The notes below the pieces were generated by a model. The model was not told the origin of the DNA, made no database searches, and saw only the letters and a list, made by a program, of their open reading frames with translations. A stretch of DNA of 64,000 nucleotides from positions 64,319-128,318 of the forward strand of contig JAUXSB010000037.1 in the NCBI GenBank assembly GCA_030681595.1, written 5' to 3'. Position 1 is the stretch's first letter. Each line of letters begins with the position of its first letter. Both the position numbers and the translations under genes were made by a program. Shown here one piece after another: positions 47,971-57,663 of the stretch. This DNA comes from Candidatus Omnitrophota bacterium. Lineage in GTDB: Bacteria; Omnitrophota; Gorgyraeia; Ghiorseimicrobiales; Ghiorseimicrobiaceae.

Positions 47971-49686
47971 TTAAATATACCCTAAGTTTGCAAGACGCTC
48001 CTCAATTTTTTTTGTATCGGTTTTAAAATTAGGGTCACTTTCGCGGTTAAACCTTTCGTTTTCTTCGGTTTTTCCATATTGAATAGTATTTTCTCTAAGA
48101 TAATTATCCGCAATCCCATCCTTTAGGACCTTTCCGTCTAAATTTTTTGGGATAGGTATACCTAAGAGATAAAGGATAGTGGGTACGAGATCGGTTATTT
48201 GCGCGTTTTGTATGGTTTGTGCCTTTTTCAGGTTATTGCCGTAACCGATAACGATGCCGTATTTAGTGTGGGTGCCGGATAATTTTAAGGGTTTCTCAAA
48301 AAATTCCTCTTCATCCTCAATGCTGAAAAACTTATAACTGCCGTCTTCAATTTCAAAAAATAGCTCAGGGGCGCTGTCAATATATGGGCCTGAGTAAATC
48401 TCCTCTTTTTTGTATGTATTTACTTTTAATGGCTGTTTAGTTTCGGGGTCTTTGAGGTTCTTAATTATAGCAATAATCTTATTGGATACTTCAGAGCGTT
48501 TTTCTTCGGTTTTTATAATCCCTTCGGGATTTCTTCCTGCTAAATTAAGGTATACGCTATTATCCGAGATTCCCTTGCTTGCCAGTGTTTTCTTCCAGTT
48601 TATCTTTTGCCAATATCCGTCAGCTATGTTGCTAAGGCGTTTTTCCACTCTTTTTTTTGAAATAATCTTTTTAAGAAGTCTTTTTTGGAATTTCTCCCGC
48701 CCAATTTTTATTAACGACTTTAATTTTCTGTATAAAAATAAATTTTGGTTTAAAAATCCTCTTATTAGATGTAAGGTCTTAGTGGTGCTTCTTTTCAAAG
48801 ACGAGTTATTAGGAACCAAAAGTTTATTACGTTTTAAGATGTTGTCTATGGCAACTTTTTTTTCTAAGTTTCCAAACCCGTGGTCAGACATTATGAATAT
48901 CGAAGTTTGCTCATCAATTTTGTTGATGAATTCCCCTACAATGGAATCAAGTTTTTTATAATAATCAATTATAAACGGGCGTATCTTTTCTGCTTTCTGG
49001 GGGTTGTATCTTGAGTGCGTTTTATCAATATGGTGCCAGTAAAAATGATGAAGCCGGTCTGTGCCCCCAAAAACAATAGTGAGAAAATCCCAGTCAACAT
49101 ATTCCATCAGCTTAAGGCCCACTTCCTTCTTTTGCTCTGTTTCTTTTGTGAGGTCCCTAAAGAAGCCCTCATATTTATCTTCCGCGTAATACCGGGCTTC
49201 AATGTTAAGTATATAGTCGGATTTTTTTATCCCGATTTTATCAAGCAGGTCATTAGGATAGGTAAAATCAAAGTCCGTACTCGGAGTGGTAAGACCGCAA
49301 CCGACCATAACGCCATTTATTTTAAAAGGCGGATAAGTCATGGGAAGATTGACCGAGACGCATATTTTTCCGTATTCAGAAAGTATCTCCATAACAGTTT
49401 TTGCTTTAATATCTGTTGAGGTAACAAGCTCTTTGCCGAACCTTTTATCGTGGTAGGCCTTAAAGAACGCGAAAATCCCATGTTTTCCCGGGTTGACCCC
49501 TGTCATAAACGAGGTCCAGGCAGGAGACGAAAGGCGCGGGATCGTCGATTCAAGCTCACCTGATGCGCCGTTCTCAACAAGGAACTTTAGGTTAGGCAGA
49601 AGCCCTTCTTCCATCCACGGGGTTAAATTTTTAAATGTTGCCCCGTCTAATCCCATTACCATTACTCTCGGTTTGTTTTTAGTCAT
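47971..49686 (-). CDS. Alkaline-phosphatase-superfamily protein, type I phosphodiesterase / nucleotide pyrophosphatase (PF01663)-like; paralog A (571 aa).
   Basis: 'MGLDGATFKNL', 'TIPRLSSPAWTSFMTGVNPGKHGIF' and 'IMSDHGFG' are metal-site motifs. Ends in '...KIEERLANLGYI'. Confidence 0.7.
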   Translation of the reverse strand: MTKNKPRVMVMGLDGATFKNLTPWMEEGLLPNLKFLVENGASGELESTIPRLSSPAWTSFMTGVNPGKHGIFAFFKAYHDKRFGKELVTSTDIKAKTVMEILSEYGKICVSVNLPMTYPPFKINGVMVGCGLTTPSTDFDFTYPNDLLDKIGIKKSDYILNIEARYYAEDKYEGFFRDLTKETEQKKEVGLKLMEYVDWDFLTIVFGGTDRLHHFYWHHIDKTHSRYNPQKAEKIRPFIIDYYKKLDSIVGEFINKIDEQTSIFIMSDHGFGNLEKKVAIDNILKRNKLLVPNNSSLKRSTTKTLHLIRGFLNQNLFLYRKLKSLIKIGREKFQKRLLKKIISKKRVEKRLSNIADGYWQKINWKKTLASKGISDNSVYLNLAGRNPEGIIKTEEKRSEVSNKIIAIIKNLKDPETKQPLKVNTYKKEEIYSGPYIDSAPELFFEIEDGSYKFFSIEDEEEFFEKPLKLSGTHTKYGIVIGYGNNLKKAQTIQNAQITDLVPTILYLLGIPIPKNLDGKVLKDGIADNYLRENTIQYGKTEENERFNRESDPNFKTDTKKIEERLANLGYI

Positions 49687-50923
49687 TTGGCTTAAATTTT
49701 TCTATTGTCTCAATAAGATTATTTTCCAATCTTTCCGTGGCTTTTCCCCATGTCCAGTTTTTATTTATTTCATCCAAGCCTCCTTGGCGTAAAGTCTCAG
49801 CTAATTTTTTATCGGTTAGTAATAATTCAATTGCATTTGCGAGTTCCTTTTTATCCCTATCAACCAGTATACCTGTCTGACCATCTTTTACGCTTTCGCG
49901 AACTCCGGCTTCTCTGACTCCAATAACCGGGGTACCACAGGCCATTGCTTCCAAGGGTATAAAGCCAAATGGCTCCATCAGCGGAACAAATACAACTAGC
50001 GATGCTTGGTTATATAAGCTTACCAATTCTTCATCGCCAACGGACTCTTTAACTTCTAAGTTGACTTTTTTCTTATCCGCGAGTTTTTTTAAATATTCTT
50101 TATTGGTATTGTTAGCGCGCAAACCCGTTAAAATTAGCTTTGGCCTTTTTTCCTTTGTAATAAGCGCTAGCGAATCAATTATAAAATCAAATTGTTTTAT
50201 GTATTGCACGCCGCCTACGGATAAAATAAAATTATCCTTTTGGATGCCTAAATCTCTAAACTTTTCATTATCTACTCCCAGATAGTTAACTTTTGAGTCA
50301 ATACCATAGGCTTTATAGATATATTCGCGCGTATAGTAAGAATTAGTTAATATTCTCATTGCGCTTTTGGCATTTATCCTGTCCATCCTTCCTGTTAACT
50401 TTTTGTCCAATAGATTGATCGTGTCCGATATAAAAACGAATGGATTAAACTTTCGTTTTTTTCCTTCCCCCGTCTTTTTTAGAAACTCTTCTAATGGTTC
50501 ATTGGCGTTTCTTAGGGGCGCATGGCAAAAATAAACATTGGGAATTTTTATATACCTTAAAACATATGGCGCATGTGTAAACCTGCATTGGTCAATAAAG
50601 GCAACATCATAATTTCCGCTGTTTATCTTCTGCGCTAGCTTTTTTGAAACCGCCCGTAACTTATAAAAAAATATTATTTTCTTTAAAAAATTATGAATGC
50701 TTGATAAGACATGATATTTTATCTGAGAGAATTCAAAATTCCTAATTTCAAAAATATGTTTTTTCGCGATGAATCTATCTACGGGCAGGTATCCGTTATC
50801 CCATCCGGAGAATGCGAATAGGTCAAGTTGATGGCCTTTTTTCGACAGCATCCGAGCGAATTCGTAAAATTCCCTTGCTACCCCGCCCTTGCCGGCACAA
50901 TTATTAAAAAGTGCTATCTTCAT
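49679..50923 (-). CDS. GT4 glycosyltransferase.
   Basis: 'MEPFGFIPLEAMACGTPVIG'. Confidence 0.85.
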   Translation of the reverse strand: MKIALFNNCAGKGGVAREFYEFARMLSKKGHQLDLFAFSGWDNGYLPVDRFIAKKHIFEIRNFEFSQIKYHVLSSIHNFLKKIIFFYKLRAVSKKLAQKINSGNYDVAFIDQCRFTHAPYVLRYIKIPNVYFCHAPLRNANEPLEEFLKKTGEGKKRKFNPFVFISDTINLLDKKLTGRMDRINAKSAMRILTNSYYTREYIYKAYGIDSKVNYLGVDNEKFRDLGIQKDNFILSVGGVQYIKQFDFIIDSLALITKEKRPKLILTGLRANNTNKEYLKKLADKKKVNLEVKESVGDEELVSLYNQASLVVFVPLMEPFGFIPLEAMACGTPVIGVREAGVRESVKDGQTGILVDRDKKELANAIELLLTDKKLAETLRQGGLDEINKNWTWGKATERLENNLIETIEKFKPND

Positions 50924-50935
50924 TTATTAGTCCAG

Positions 50936-52621
50936 TTAATCAATATAGCCTAAATCTGCCAGATGTTCCTTAATCTTAACCATTTCTTCCTGGGAATAAA
51001 TTTCATTTATGGGATTATCCTCGCTTTTTGCGGCAGATTCTTTAAAAATAATGGGGTTTTTATTTAAAAAAGATTCCTCGATGCCTTTTTTAAGGACTTT
51101 TCCATCCATATCATTGGGAATTGTCATCCCTAAGAGGCATAGAATGGTAGGGGTAATATCCATGATTGAGGCGTTATTTATCACTATCCCCTTTTTTATG
51201 TTAGGACCTTGCATCATTAAAATTCCTTCGCGGTAATGAAAGTTTGATATTTGTTTTGGTTCATCTATTAAAACTCCGCTATCAGGATCGGTAGAAAATT
51301 TATAACCTGAATTAGGATCTAAAACTAAATCTGGAGCGATATCAAAATAAGGGCCGTGGTATATATCTTGTTTTCTGTATATCTTGAAATTGAGAAGGGT
51401 TTGTGTTTTAGGATCAGATATTCCCTTTAGGGCGTCTATAACTTTATTATAAACATCATCAGCGTTATTTTTAGATTGGTTTATAAATATGGTAGATCCT
51501 GTATCTCCAACAAAGTAAGCTTTAGTTTTTTTCCAATCCACCAAAGAGATAAAATTCATTTGCGAATGGACTCGCTCATCTTTTCCTAAATACTGCGGAT
51601 TTTCATTTCTTTTATTAAGACGGCTTATGTTCTTAATATAATTTTTAAAATTTCGATATAAAGGCGATTTTTGTTGTAGCATGCCTCTTAATTTATCCTG
51701 TAGGCCGATAAGTAGCTTTTTGATTCCGGTTTTTTTTAATTTTAGGAGGTGTAATTTTTTCAGGAGAGTGTTTATATATATATGAGACCTGAATTGCCCA
51801 AAGCCATGATCCGAGATAATAAAAAGATGAGTATCCTTGCCAGCTTTTTCAATAAAATCGCCAACGAACCCGTCTAATTTTGAGAAATAGCCGTTTACGG
51901 CCGATTTTAAGCTATCGTTATAGAGAGGATGACTACGATCGATGTAGTGTAGCATCTTATGTTGGAGCCAGTCAGTTTCGGTAAAGACAACGGTAAATAA
52001 ATCCCAGGTGATTTTTTCCATTAAGCTCAAGGAAAATTTTGCGCGGCTTTCGGTAGATTTTTCCATATCTTTTAAAAACTCTATTTCCATACCCGGTGCA
52101 TAACAACCTAGTCTTTTTACGCTTAATATATAATCTTTTTTATCGAAGCCAAACTTTTGAAATAAATCTGGTGGATAGGTAAACGAACAATCTTTGTTGG
52201 GAGTTAATTGGCAATCGCTGACCATCGCGCCATTAATGGCAAACGGCGGATAAGTGACCGGAATGTTTATGGAAACAACGGTTTTATTTACCGCGCTTAA
52301 TATATGAAATATCGTATCGGATTTTATATCCCTCGAGCTGTTTACCGTAAGCTTTAACTTGCCGCTAAACCCCAGCTTTATAAATCCAAAAATTCCGTGT
52401 TTACCGGGATTTTTACCTGTCATAAACGATGTCCACGCAGGACCGGAATGCGCAGGCAAAGTAGAAAGCAGATCACCGCTTACTCCAGTATCCACCAATT
52501 TTTTTAAGTTTGGCATAATGCCTTCATCTATAAGCGGTTTTAAGACTTTCCATGTGCCACCATCCAAACCGATAACTAAAACTTTCGGTTTATTTTTATT
52601 AATTTTTTCGTTAGTCTGCAT
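50936..52621 (-). CDS. Alkaline-phosphatase-superfamily phosphodiesterase/nucleotide-pyrophosphatase-like protein; paralog B (561 aa).
   Basis: 'IGLDGGTWKVL', 'TLPAHSGPAWTSFMTGKNPGKHGIF', 'IISDHGFG'. Ends in '...IKEHLADLGYID'. Confidence 0.7.
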   Translation of the reverse strand: MQTNEKINKNKPKVLVIGLDGGTWKVLKPLIDEGIMPNLKKLVDTGVSGDLLSTLPAHSGPAWTSFMTGKNPGKHGIFGFIKLGFSGKLKLTVNSSRDIKSDTIFHILSAVNKTVVSINIPVTYPPFAINGAMVSDCQLTPNKDCSFTYPPDLFQKFGFDKKDYILSVKRLGCYAPGMEIEFLKDMEKSTESRAKFSLSLMEKITWDLFTVVFTETDWLQHKMLHYIDRSHPLYNDSLKSAVNGYFSKLDGFVGDFIEKAGKDTHLFIISDHGFGQFRSHIYINTLLKKLHLLKLKKTGIKKLLIGLQDKLRGMLQQKSPLYRNFKNYIKNISRLNKRNENPQYLGKDERVHSQMNFISLVDWKKTKAYFVGDTGSTIFINQSKNNADDVYNKVIDALKGISDPKTQTLLNFKIYRKQDIYHGPYFDIAPDLVLDPNSGYKFSTDPDSGVLIDEPKQISNFHYREGILMMQGPNIKKGIVINNASIMDITPTILCLLGMTIPNDMDGKVLKKGIEESFLNKNPIIFKESAAKSEDNPINEIYSQEEMVKIKEHLADLGYID

Positions 52622-52919
52622 AACCGAGTTCCTTGAGTTTATTGCGTATAGTAGTTAAATCCTGCTGAGTTAATTTAGTTTTGAGCGGTATTTCTGATAA
52701 TGGATGCTTGACGCGGCCCCATGATACTTTTTCCCAGATTCTTTCATGTAGATAAAAAAGTATGATTTTGACAGCTGCCTCTGCAAGCCCCACGCCTATA
52801 GAAAGGGCTATTTTTCTGGTAAAGATAAATACAATAATGGTCGTTGCTACCATTCCGAAAGCCCGCCAGCTGGTTGCCTTTAAGATACTGCGTTTATGTG
52901 TTTCACCCAAGTTTTTCAT
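52611..52919 (-). CDS. DUF2061-like small membrane protein.
   Basis: Two TM helices, 'WRAFGMVATTIIVFIFT' with 'AVKIILFYLHERIW'. Ends in '...IRNKLKELGYAD'. Overlaps both neighbouring genes. Confidence 0.55.
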   Translation of the reverse strand: MKNLGETHKRSILKATSWRAFGMVATTIIVFIFTRKIALSIGVGLAEAAVKIILFYLHERIWEKVSWGRVKHPLSEIPLKTKLTQQDLTTIRNKLKELGYAD

Positions 52920-52920
52920 T

Positions 52921-54198
52921 TTAATTAGTTAAAATCGCCTTTTTGACATCCATTATGCTTTTGATTTTGCTTATATCGCAGTTCTTCGCATATATAAAAG
53001 CATCATCATATGTATGCATACCGTTAAGGTGCGATTTTTCAAAAATATCCGTTTTTTCGGTCCTGCCTTTTAGGTCGTATCCTCGTTTAGGGTGCGCAAT
53101 GATATCAGCGGCGTTATCTAAATACGGCCCCGAATATATCTCTTCCCGGAAGAAAACCCTATCTATTATATTTTCATTCGTTGCAGGATCAGTAAAATTA
53201 AGCAGGCGGTTTTTAATATCTTTTCTTATATTTTGATATTCGCTTTTTTTTACCGTTCCTTTTTCTTCCCTGCCTTCTAAATTTATAAATATCCTTCCCG
53301 GAAGAAGCGAGTAGCAGACTGTGTCTTTATGATATTCGGGTAATTTTGTGCTGCCATTTGTGAATTTTAAGAGTCCTTGTTGTTTAAGCCAGGCATTAAG
53401 TTGAACCTCATAATTTATGCCGCAGAAGCCGTGGTCTGAAAGCATAATAAAGCGGTCTTCGTCGTTGAGTTTGTTTTGAAGCTCATCTATATGCGTATCT
53501 AATTTTGCAAGGAACTTTATGATATCAGGGTAGTATTCGCCTTGCATTTCCAAGTCATTCCAGAAGAAGTGGAATAATCTGTCGGTTTCCATAATATGCA
53601 ACTGGAAATAGTCCCATTCTTTGTTCTTAAACAATTCAAGCGCAATCTCAAAGCGCTTGTCCGTAGCTAGGAAAAGCTCATCCATTAATTTTCTTTTGTT
53701 TTCTTTGGCTAAGCCCGCGTCTACATCAATAATATAGTTTTTTTCTTTAAGGTATCCGGAAAAATCTGCCGGATAGGTAGATTTATTAATATCGGTGCAG
53801 AGAAAACAGGATGTAAGAATTCCGTTAACTTGTTCGGGTGGATAAGTCAATGGCACATTAATTACGATTACTTTTTTACCTTGCGCGGAAAATTCCTGCC
53901 AGATGGTTTTTGCGCGTCTTTCGCGCGCAGTAGGAATAGTTATTTGAAATGGGTTAGGGGTTCTATCCACAAAACCGAAGATATTGTGCTCTGCGGGGTT
54001 TTGCCCTGTGGCAAAGCTTGTCCAGGCAACAGATGAAACAACAGGATAAACCGAATCCATTCTTTTAGTTAAATTTTGTTTGGTGAAACTTGACAATTTA
54101 GGCATATTTTCCTGAATGAACCTATCCTGTAAAAAAGAATATGGAAAGCCGTCTATGCCTAATACAAATGTTCGTTTTTTATTTTTTCCAAATAACAT
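52921..54198 (-). CDS. Alkaline-phosphatase-superfamily phosphodiesterase/nucleotide-pyrophosphatase-like protein; paralog C (425 aa, short form).
   Basis: 'LGIDGFPYSFL', 'VYPVVSSVAWTSFATGQNPAEHNIF', 'MLSDHGFCG'. Confidence 0.7.
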   Translation of the reverse strand: MLFGKNKKRTFVLGIDGFPYSFLQDRFIQENMPKLSSFTKQNLTKRMDSVYPVVSSVAWTSFATGQNPAEHNIFGFVDRTPNPFQITIPTARERRAKTIWQEFSAQGKKVIVINVPLTYPPEQVNGILTSCFLCTDINKSTYPADFSGYLKEKNYIIDVDAGLAKENKRKLMDELFLATDKRFEIALELFKNKEWDYFQLHIMETDRLFHFFWNDLEMQGEYYPDIIKFLAKLDTHIDELQNKLNDEDRFIMLSDHGFCGINYEVQLNAWLKQQGLLKFTNGSTKLPEYHKDTVCYSLLPGRIFINLEGREEKGTVKKSEYQNIRKDIKNRLLNFTDPATNENIIDRVFFREEIYSGPYLDNAADIIAHPKRGYDLKGRTEKTDIFEKSHLNGMHTYDDAFIYAKNCDISKIKSIMDVKKAILTN

Positions 54199-54205
54199 CT
54201 TATTC

Positions 54206-55441
54206 TCACTCTGTATTGGTTATTATGCCGCCGGCGGAGATATTCTCGTTTTTCACTAATACAAAGCGCCCTATTTCGCGGATGTTTTTAAAAGTGTCAA
54301 TTACTATCGGTTTTTTGGTCTTAATGGTTACTTCGCCTATTTCTAAGTTTTCTAAACCTTGCGCGTCCGTTTCTAACAACTCTAAGCTTGAAGAGTTAAT
54401 CCGTTTATGTATCGCTTCAATTTTGCAGCTTACTTCCTGCGTTGCGCAGCGCAAGATAACCTTTTCGTCTTTACTATAGCCCTGTTTAGACATCCAGAAG
54501 ACGCTGGCGTGGAATCTATCGGAAACCTTAGGCGCTTTATCTTTTTCGCACAAGATATTGCCTCTATCTAAAAATACCGCATCCTCTGTGGTTATGCCTG
54601 TGCTTTCTTGCGCAGATGCGCGTTTAGGGCTCTCTAAATATTTTTCAATGGTTTTTACTTTGGTGGTTTGCCCTTCAGGCAATATCTTAACTTCCTGGCC
54701 TTCTCTTATCTCTCCTGTTTCAACTCTGCCTACAATAATGCGCTTATCATCTACTTTGTATATATCTTGAACGGGAAAGATAAGCGGCTGGTTTTCTTCT
54801 GCCACCTTGTTTTTAAGAAGATCAAGGCTTTCTAACATTGTAGGGCCTTTATACCAAGGCATATTAGTTGATTTATTGGCGATATTATCGCCTTTTAAGG
54901 CAGAAATGGGTATATAGAGTTTTGGCGTTATGTTTAAGGTAGTTAAGAATTTTTCTAGCTTAGTTCTTAGTTCTGTGTATTTTTCCTCGCTAAAATCTAT
55001 TAAATCAGCTTTATTTATTAATACTATCACCTGCTCTATTCCCAGCATAGAAAGTATAGTAGCGTGGCGCTTAGTCTGTTCCTGTATGCCTTCTTTTGCA
55101 TCTATTATTAAGATAGCTGCTTCGGCTTGAGAGGCGCCGGTAATCATATTTTTTACGAACTCCACATGCCCCGGCGCATCAATGATTACATATTCTCTTT
55201 TATCGGTTTTAAAGAAAACTTGCGTTGTATCAATAGTAATTCCCTGCCTGCGTTCTTCTTCTAAGTGGTCAAGAAGATAGGCGAATTCTGTATCTCTGCC
55301 TAAATCTTTGGAAGTATTTCTTATTTCTTCCATTTTATCCGGAGGCAAAGAATTAGTGTCGTAAAGCAGGCGGCCGATTAAGGTTGACTTTCCGTGGTCT
55401 ACGTGGCCGACGATGACGAATTTGAGTGTTTGATTATCCAT
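54206..55441 (-). CDS. cysN: Sulfate adenylyltransferase subunit 1 (GTPase CysN). No fused APS-kinase domain.
   Basis: '[15 protein letters not shown]', 'DAPGH', 'NKAD' G-motifs. 411 aa. Confidence 0.85.
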   Translation of the reverse strand: MDNQTLKFVIVGHVDHGKSTLIGRLLYDTNSLPPDKMEEIRNTSKDLGRDTEFAYLLDHLEEERRQGITIDTTQVFFKTDKREYVIIDAPGHVEFVKNMITGASQAEAAILIIDAKEGIQEQTKRHATILSMLGIEQVIVLINKADLIDFSEEKYTELRTKLEKFLTTLNITPKLYIPISALKGDNIANKSTNMPWYKGPTMLESLDLLKNKVAEENQPLIFPVQDIYKVDDKRIIVGRVETGEIREGQEVKILPEGQTTKVKTIEKYLESPKRASAQESTGITTEDAVFLDRGNILCEKDKAPKVSDRFHASVFWMSKQGYSKDEKVILRCATQEVSCKIEAIHKRINSSSLELLETDAQGLENLEIGEVTIKTKKPIVIDTFKNIREIGRFVLVKNENISAGGIITNTE

Positions 55442-55442
55442 A

Positions 55443-56243
55443 TTACATATACCCCAATGATCTCAATTTCTGCATCATATAGGCGGATTCTTTGTCTTGG
55501 GCGCGTCCGCTTCTCTCTGACACTGTAGAAGTTTTTAGCTCTTCTATTATTTTGTCTATCGTGTCTGCATCGGAATCCACAGGGTTACAGCAGGTTTCGC
55601 AGCCGATACTTCTGTAACGTTTGCCGTTTTTTGCAAAATATAGCGATGTAATCGGGATATTTTCCCGCCTGACATATTCCCAGATGTCTATTTCCCGCCA
55701 GCTAAGCAAAGGATGGATTCTTAAGTGTTCTTCGTCTTTCGCCTTTGATTTATACTGATCCCATAATTCAGGCGGCTGGTCTTTATAATTCCACTCAAAG
55801 TCTTCATCGCGGGGTGAGAAAAACCTTTCTTTTGCCCGTATTCCGTGTTCATCACGCCTGATGCCTAAATACAGGGCTTTAAAGCCGTATTTTGCTATTG
55901 CGTCTTTTAAGGCGTTTGTTTTAAGCTCGGTACAGCAGGTTAATTTTTGCTTATCCGGCCCTACGCCATGCCGCATAGCTTCTTCGTTTTTGTGCACAAG
56001 GAGATTAAGGTTCCATTTTTTGGCATATTCATCGCGGAATTGGTAAATTTCCTTAAATTTATATCCTGTATCTATATGAAGCACAGGAAAAGGTAATTTT
56101 CCGTAAAATGCTTTGCGCACCATCCACAAAAGAGCAGTGGAATCCTTGCCGATAGACCAGAGCATGGCGACTTTTTTAAATTGATAATATGCTTCGCGGA
56201 TGATAAAAATACTTTCATTCTCTAATTTTGTAAGGTTATCCAT
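55443..56243 (-). CDS. cysD: Sulfate adenylyltransferase subunit 2 (CysD, PAPS-reductase fold).
   Basis: '[15 protein letters not shown]' PP-loop. C-terminus '...QKLRSLGYM' is like E. coli CysD '...LKKRQGYF'. Confidence 0.85.
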   Translation of the reverse strand: MDNLTKLENESIFIIREAYYQFKKVAMLWSIGKDSTALLWMVRKAFYGKLPFPVLHIDTGYKFKEIYQFRDEYAKKWNLNLLVHKNEEAMRHGVGPDKQKLTCCTELKTNALKDAIAKYGFKALYLGIRRDEHGIRAKERFFSPRDEDFEWNYKDQPPELWDQYKSKAKDEEHLRIHPLLSWREIDIWEYVRRENIPITSLYFAKNGKRYRSIGCETCCNPVDSDADTIDKIIEELKTSTVSERSGRAQDKESAYMMQKLRSLGYM

Positions 56244-56952
56244 TTACGGCCCCTATTTTAATTTGTTTTTTTATCCTATTTTTCAAAACTTGCTCTACAG
56301 CAGGCAAATTTTCGTATGTTGTTATCTTTATATTTTCATATATTGACGGGACTAATGCCACTTTAGAGCCAATTCGCTTCACTAAATCCACGATCGGCCG
56401 ATTGGTTAGCGTGTTTTCTTTGGCGTATTCCAGCGCTTTAACGATTATTTCAAATTTATATGCTTGAGGAGCGCAGGTATAGGCAAGAGAGTCGCGCTCT
56501 AATACAGTTTCAATTTCATTATTAATCATACTCACTACTGTATGCCGCGCCGCAAGATAAGCTGTGCAGGCGCCATATTTTTTAGCGGCATTGATGCAAT
56601 TTTTTATCAATTCAGGGGGCGTGGTAGGGCTGGCCCCGTCTTGTATTACTACTATATCTGCTTTATCTATTGCCATTACCCCGTTTTCTACTGAATCTTG
56701 GCGGGTTAAACCGCCCGGCACAAGTTTTCTTAATTTCTTAAAACTATACCTCTCTAATATCTCGTTATATTTTTGCGCATAATTTTGATTTATTACTAAA
56801 TATATATCGTCTATTTCCTCTATGTTTTCGTAGATTTCTATTGTATGGATAAAAACTGCTTTCCCCAGTAACTCATAGAATTGCTTGGGCGATTCTAATT
56901 CCTTTATTCTACTGCCGCTTCCGCCGGTTAATATTATGGCTGAACAGCTCAT
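56236..56952 (-). CDS. IspD/TarI-family cytidylyltransferase (CDP-alcohol synthase candidate).
   Basis: 'AIILTGGSGSRIKELESPKQF' resembles the nucleotide-binding loop of IspD / TarI. Confidence 0.65.
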   Translation of the reverse strand: MSCSAIILTGGSGSRIKELESPKQFYELLGKAVFIHTIEIYENIEEIDDIYLVINQNYAQKYNEILERYSFKKLRKLVPGGLTRQDSVENGVMAIDKADIVVIQDGASPTTPPELIKNCINAAKKYGACTAYLAARHTVVSMINNEIETVLERDSLAYTCAPQAYKFEIIVKALEYAKENTLTNRPIVDLVKRIGSKVALVPSIYENIKITTYENLPAVEQVLKNRIKKQIKIGAVNG

Positions 56953-56953
56953 T

Positions 56954-57661
56954 TTAACTTTGCCCCCGGTGAATTTTAGAAAAAGCCGCCATTGCTTTTA
57001 TGCTTTCGTAAAAATAGTAAAGCCATACGTATATGCTAGATAGAATAAGCGTATAATATAATTTATTTAAAATACTTCCGATGATGATTAAATAACAAAT
57101 TCCCATATAAACATCGGTTATTTCCCTGATGATTGTCCTTAAAATGCCTATCTTATCCGTCTGCATCTGGTTAGGATTTGGTTTATTCGCTTGAGGGTTA
57201 TTTTTTAGTTCCAAGAGCTGGCGCTTAAATATAAGCGACTGAAAACCAAAAAACCCTGCCATAATAATAAAACCCAAAAGCCAAATAAATCCCACATTAT
57301 ATAGTTTTGCCTGTCCTAAACATATGCCCAGATATGCTAAAATAAAGGCAAGCTTTCCTGCTATGCTGTCAAATAACTCACCGGTAACGGTTTCACGTCC
57401 AAGGCATCGCGCAAGGTCGCCGTCAAGATGATCAAGCACCATAAATAGAATAAAAAATAGCAACGCAAAGAGATTAAAGATATTGGAGGCAAAAGAATAA
57501 AACAACGCTGAAAGAATGCAGCAAGCCAGCGATAGTGTGGTAATCTGATTAGGAGTAAATTTTATTTTTAATGCCGGCTTTAGCAGGAAGCGCTGCGAAA
57601 TAAACCGCGCCGCCTTTCCTAATAGATATTTGCTTTTTCTGGGGGGTTTTTTTACATTCAT
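56954..57661 (-). CDS. CDP-alcohol phosphatidyltransferase-family membrane protein (second copy).
   Basis: 'DHLDGDLARCLGRETVTGELFDSIAG'. Confidence 0.7.
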   Translation of the reverse strand: MNVKKPPRKSKYLLGKAARFISQRFLLKPALKIKFTPNQITTLSLACCILSALFYSFASNIFNLFALLFFILFMVLDHLDGDLARCLGRETVTGELFDSIAGKLAFILAYLGICLGQAKLYNVGFIWLLGFIIMAGFFGFQSLIFKRQLLELKNNPQANKPNPNQMQTDKIGILRTIIREITDVYMGICYLIIIGSILNKLYYTLILSSIYVWLYYFYESIKAMAAFSKIHRGQS

Positions 57662-57663
57662 AA

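Noticed and set aside
54206-56243. Interpreting cysDN as evidence that the exopolysaccharide is definitely sulfated.
   Set aside because: cysDN also serves assimilatory sulfate reduction. Without cysC or a sulfotransferase in view this remains a hypothesis (see the first finding), not an annotation.
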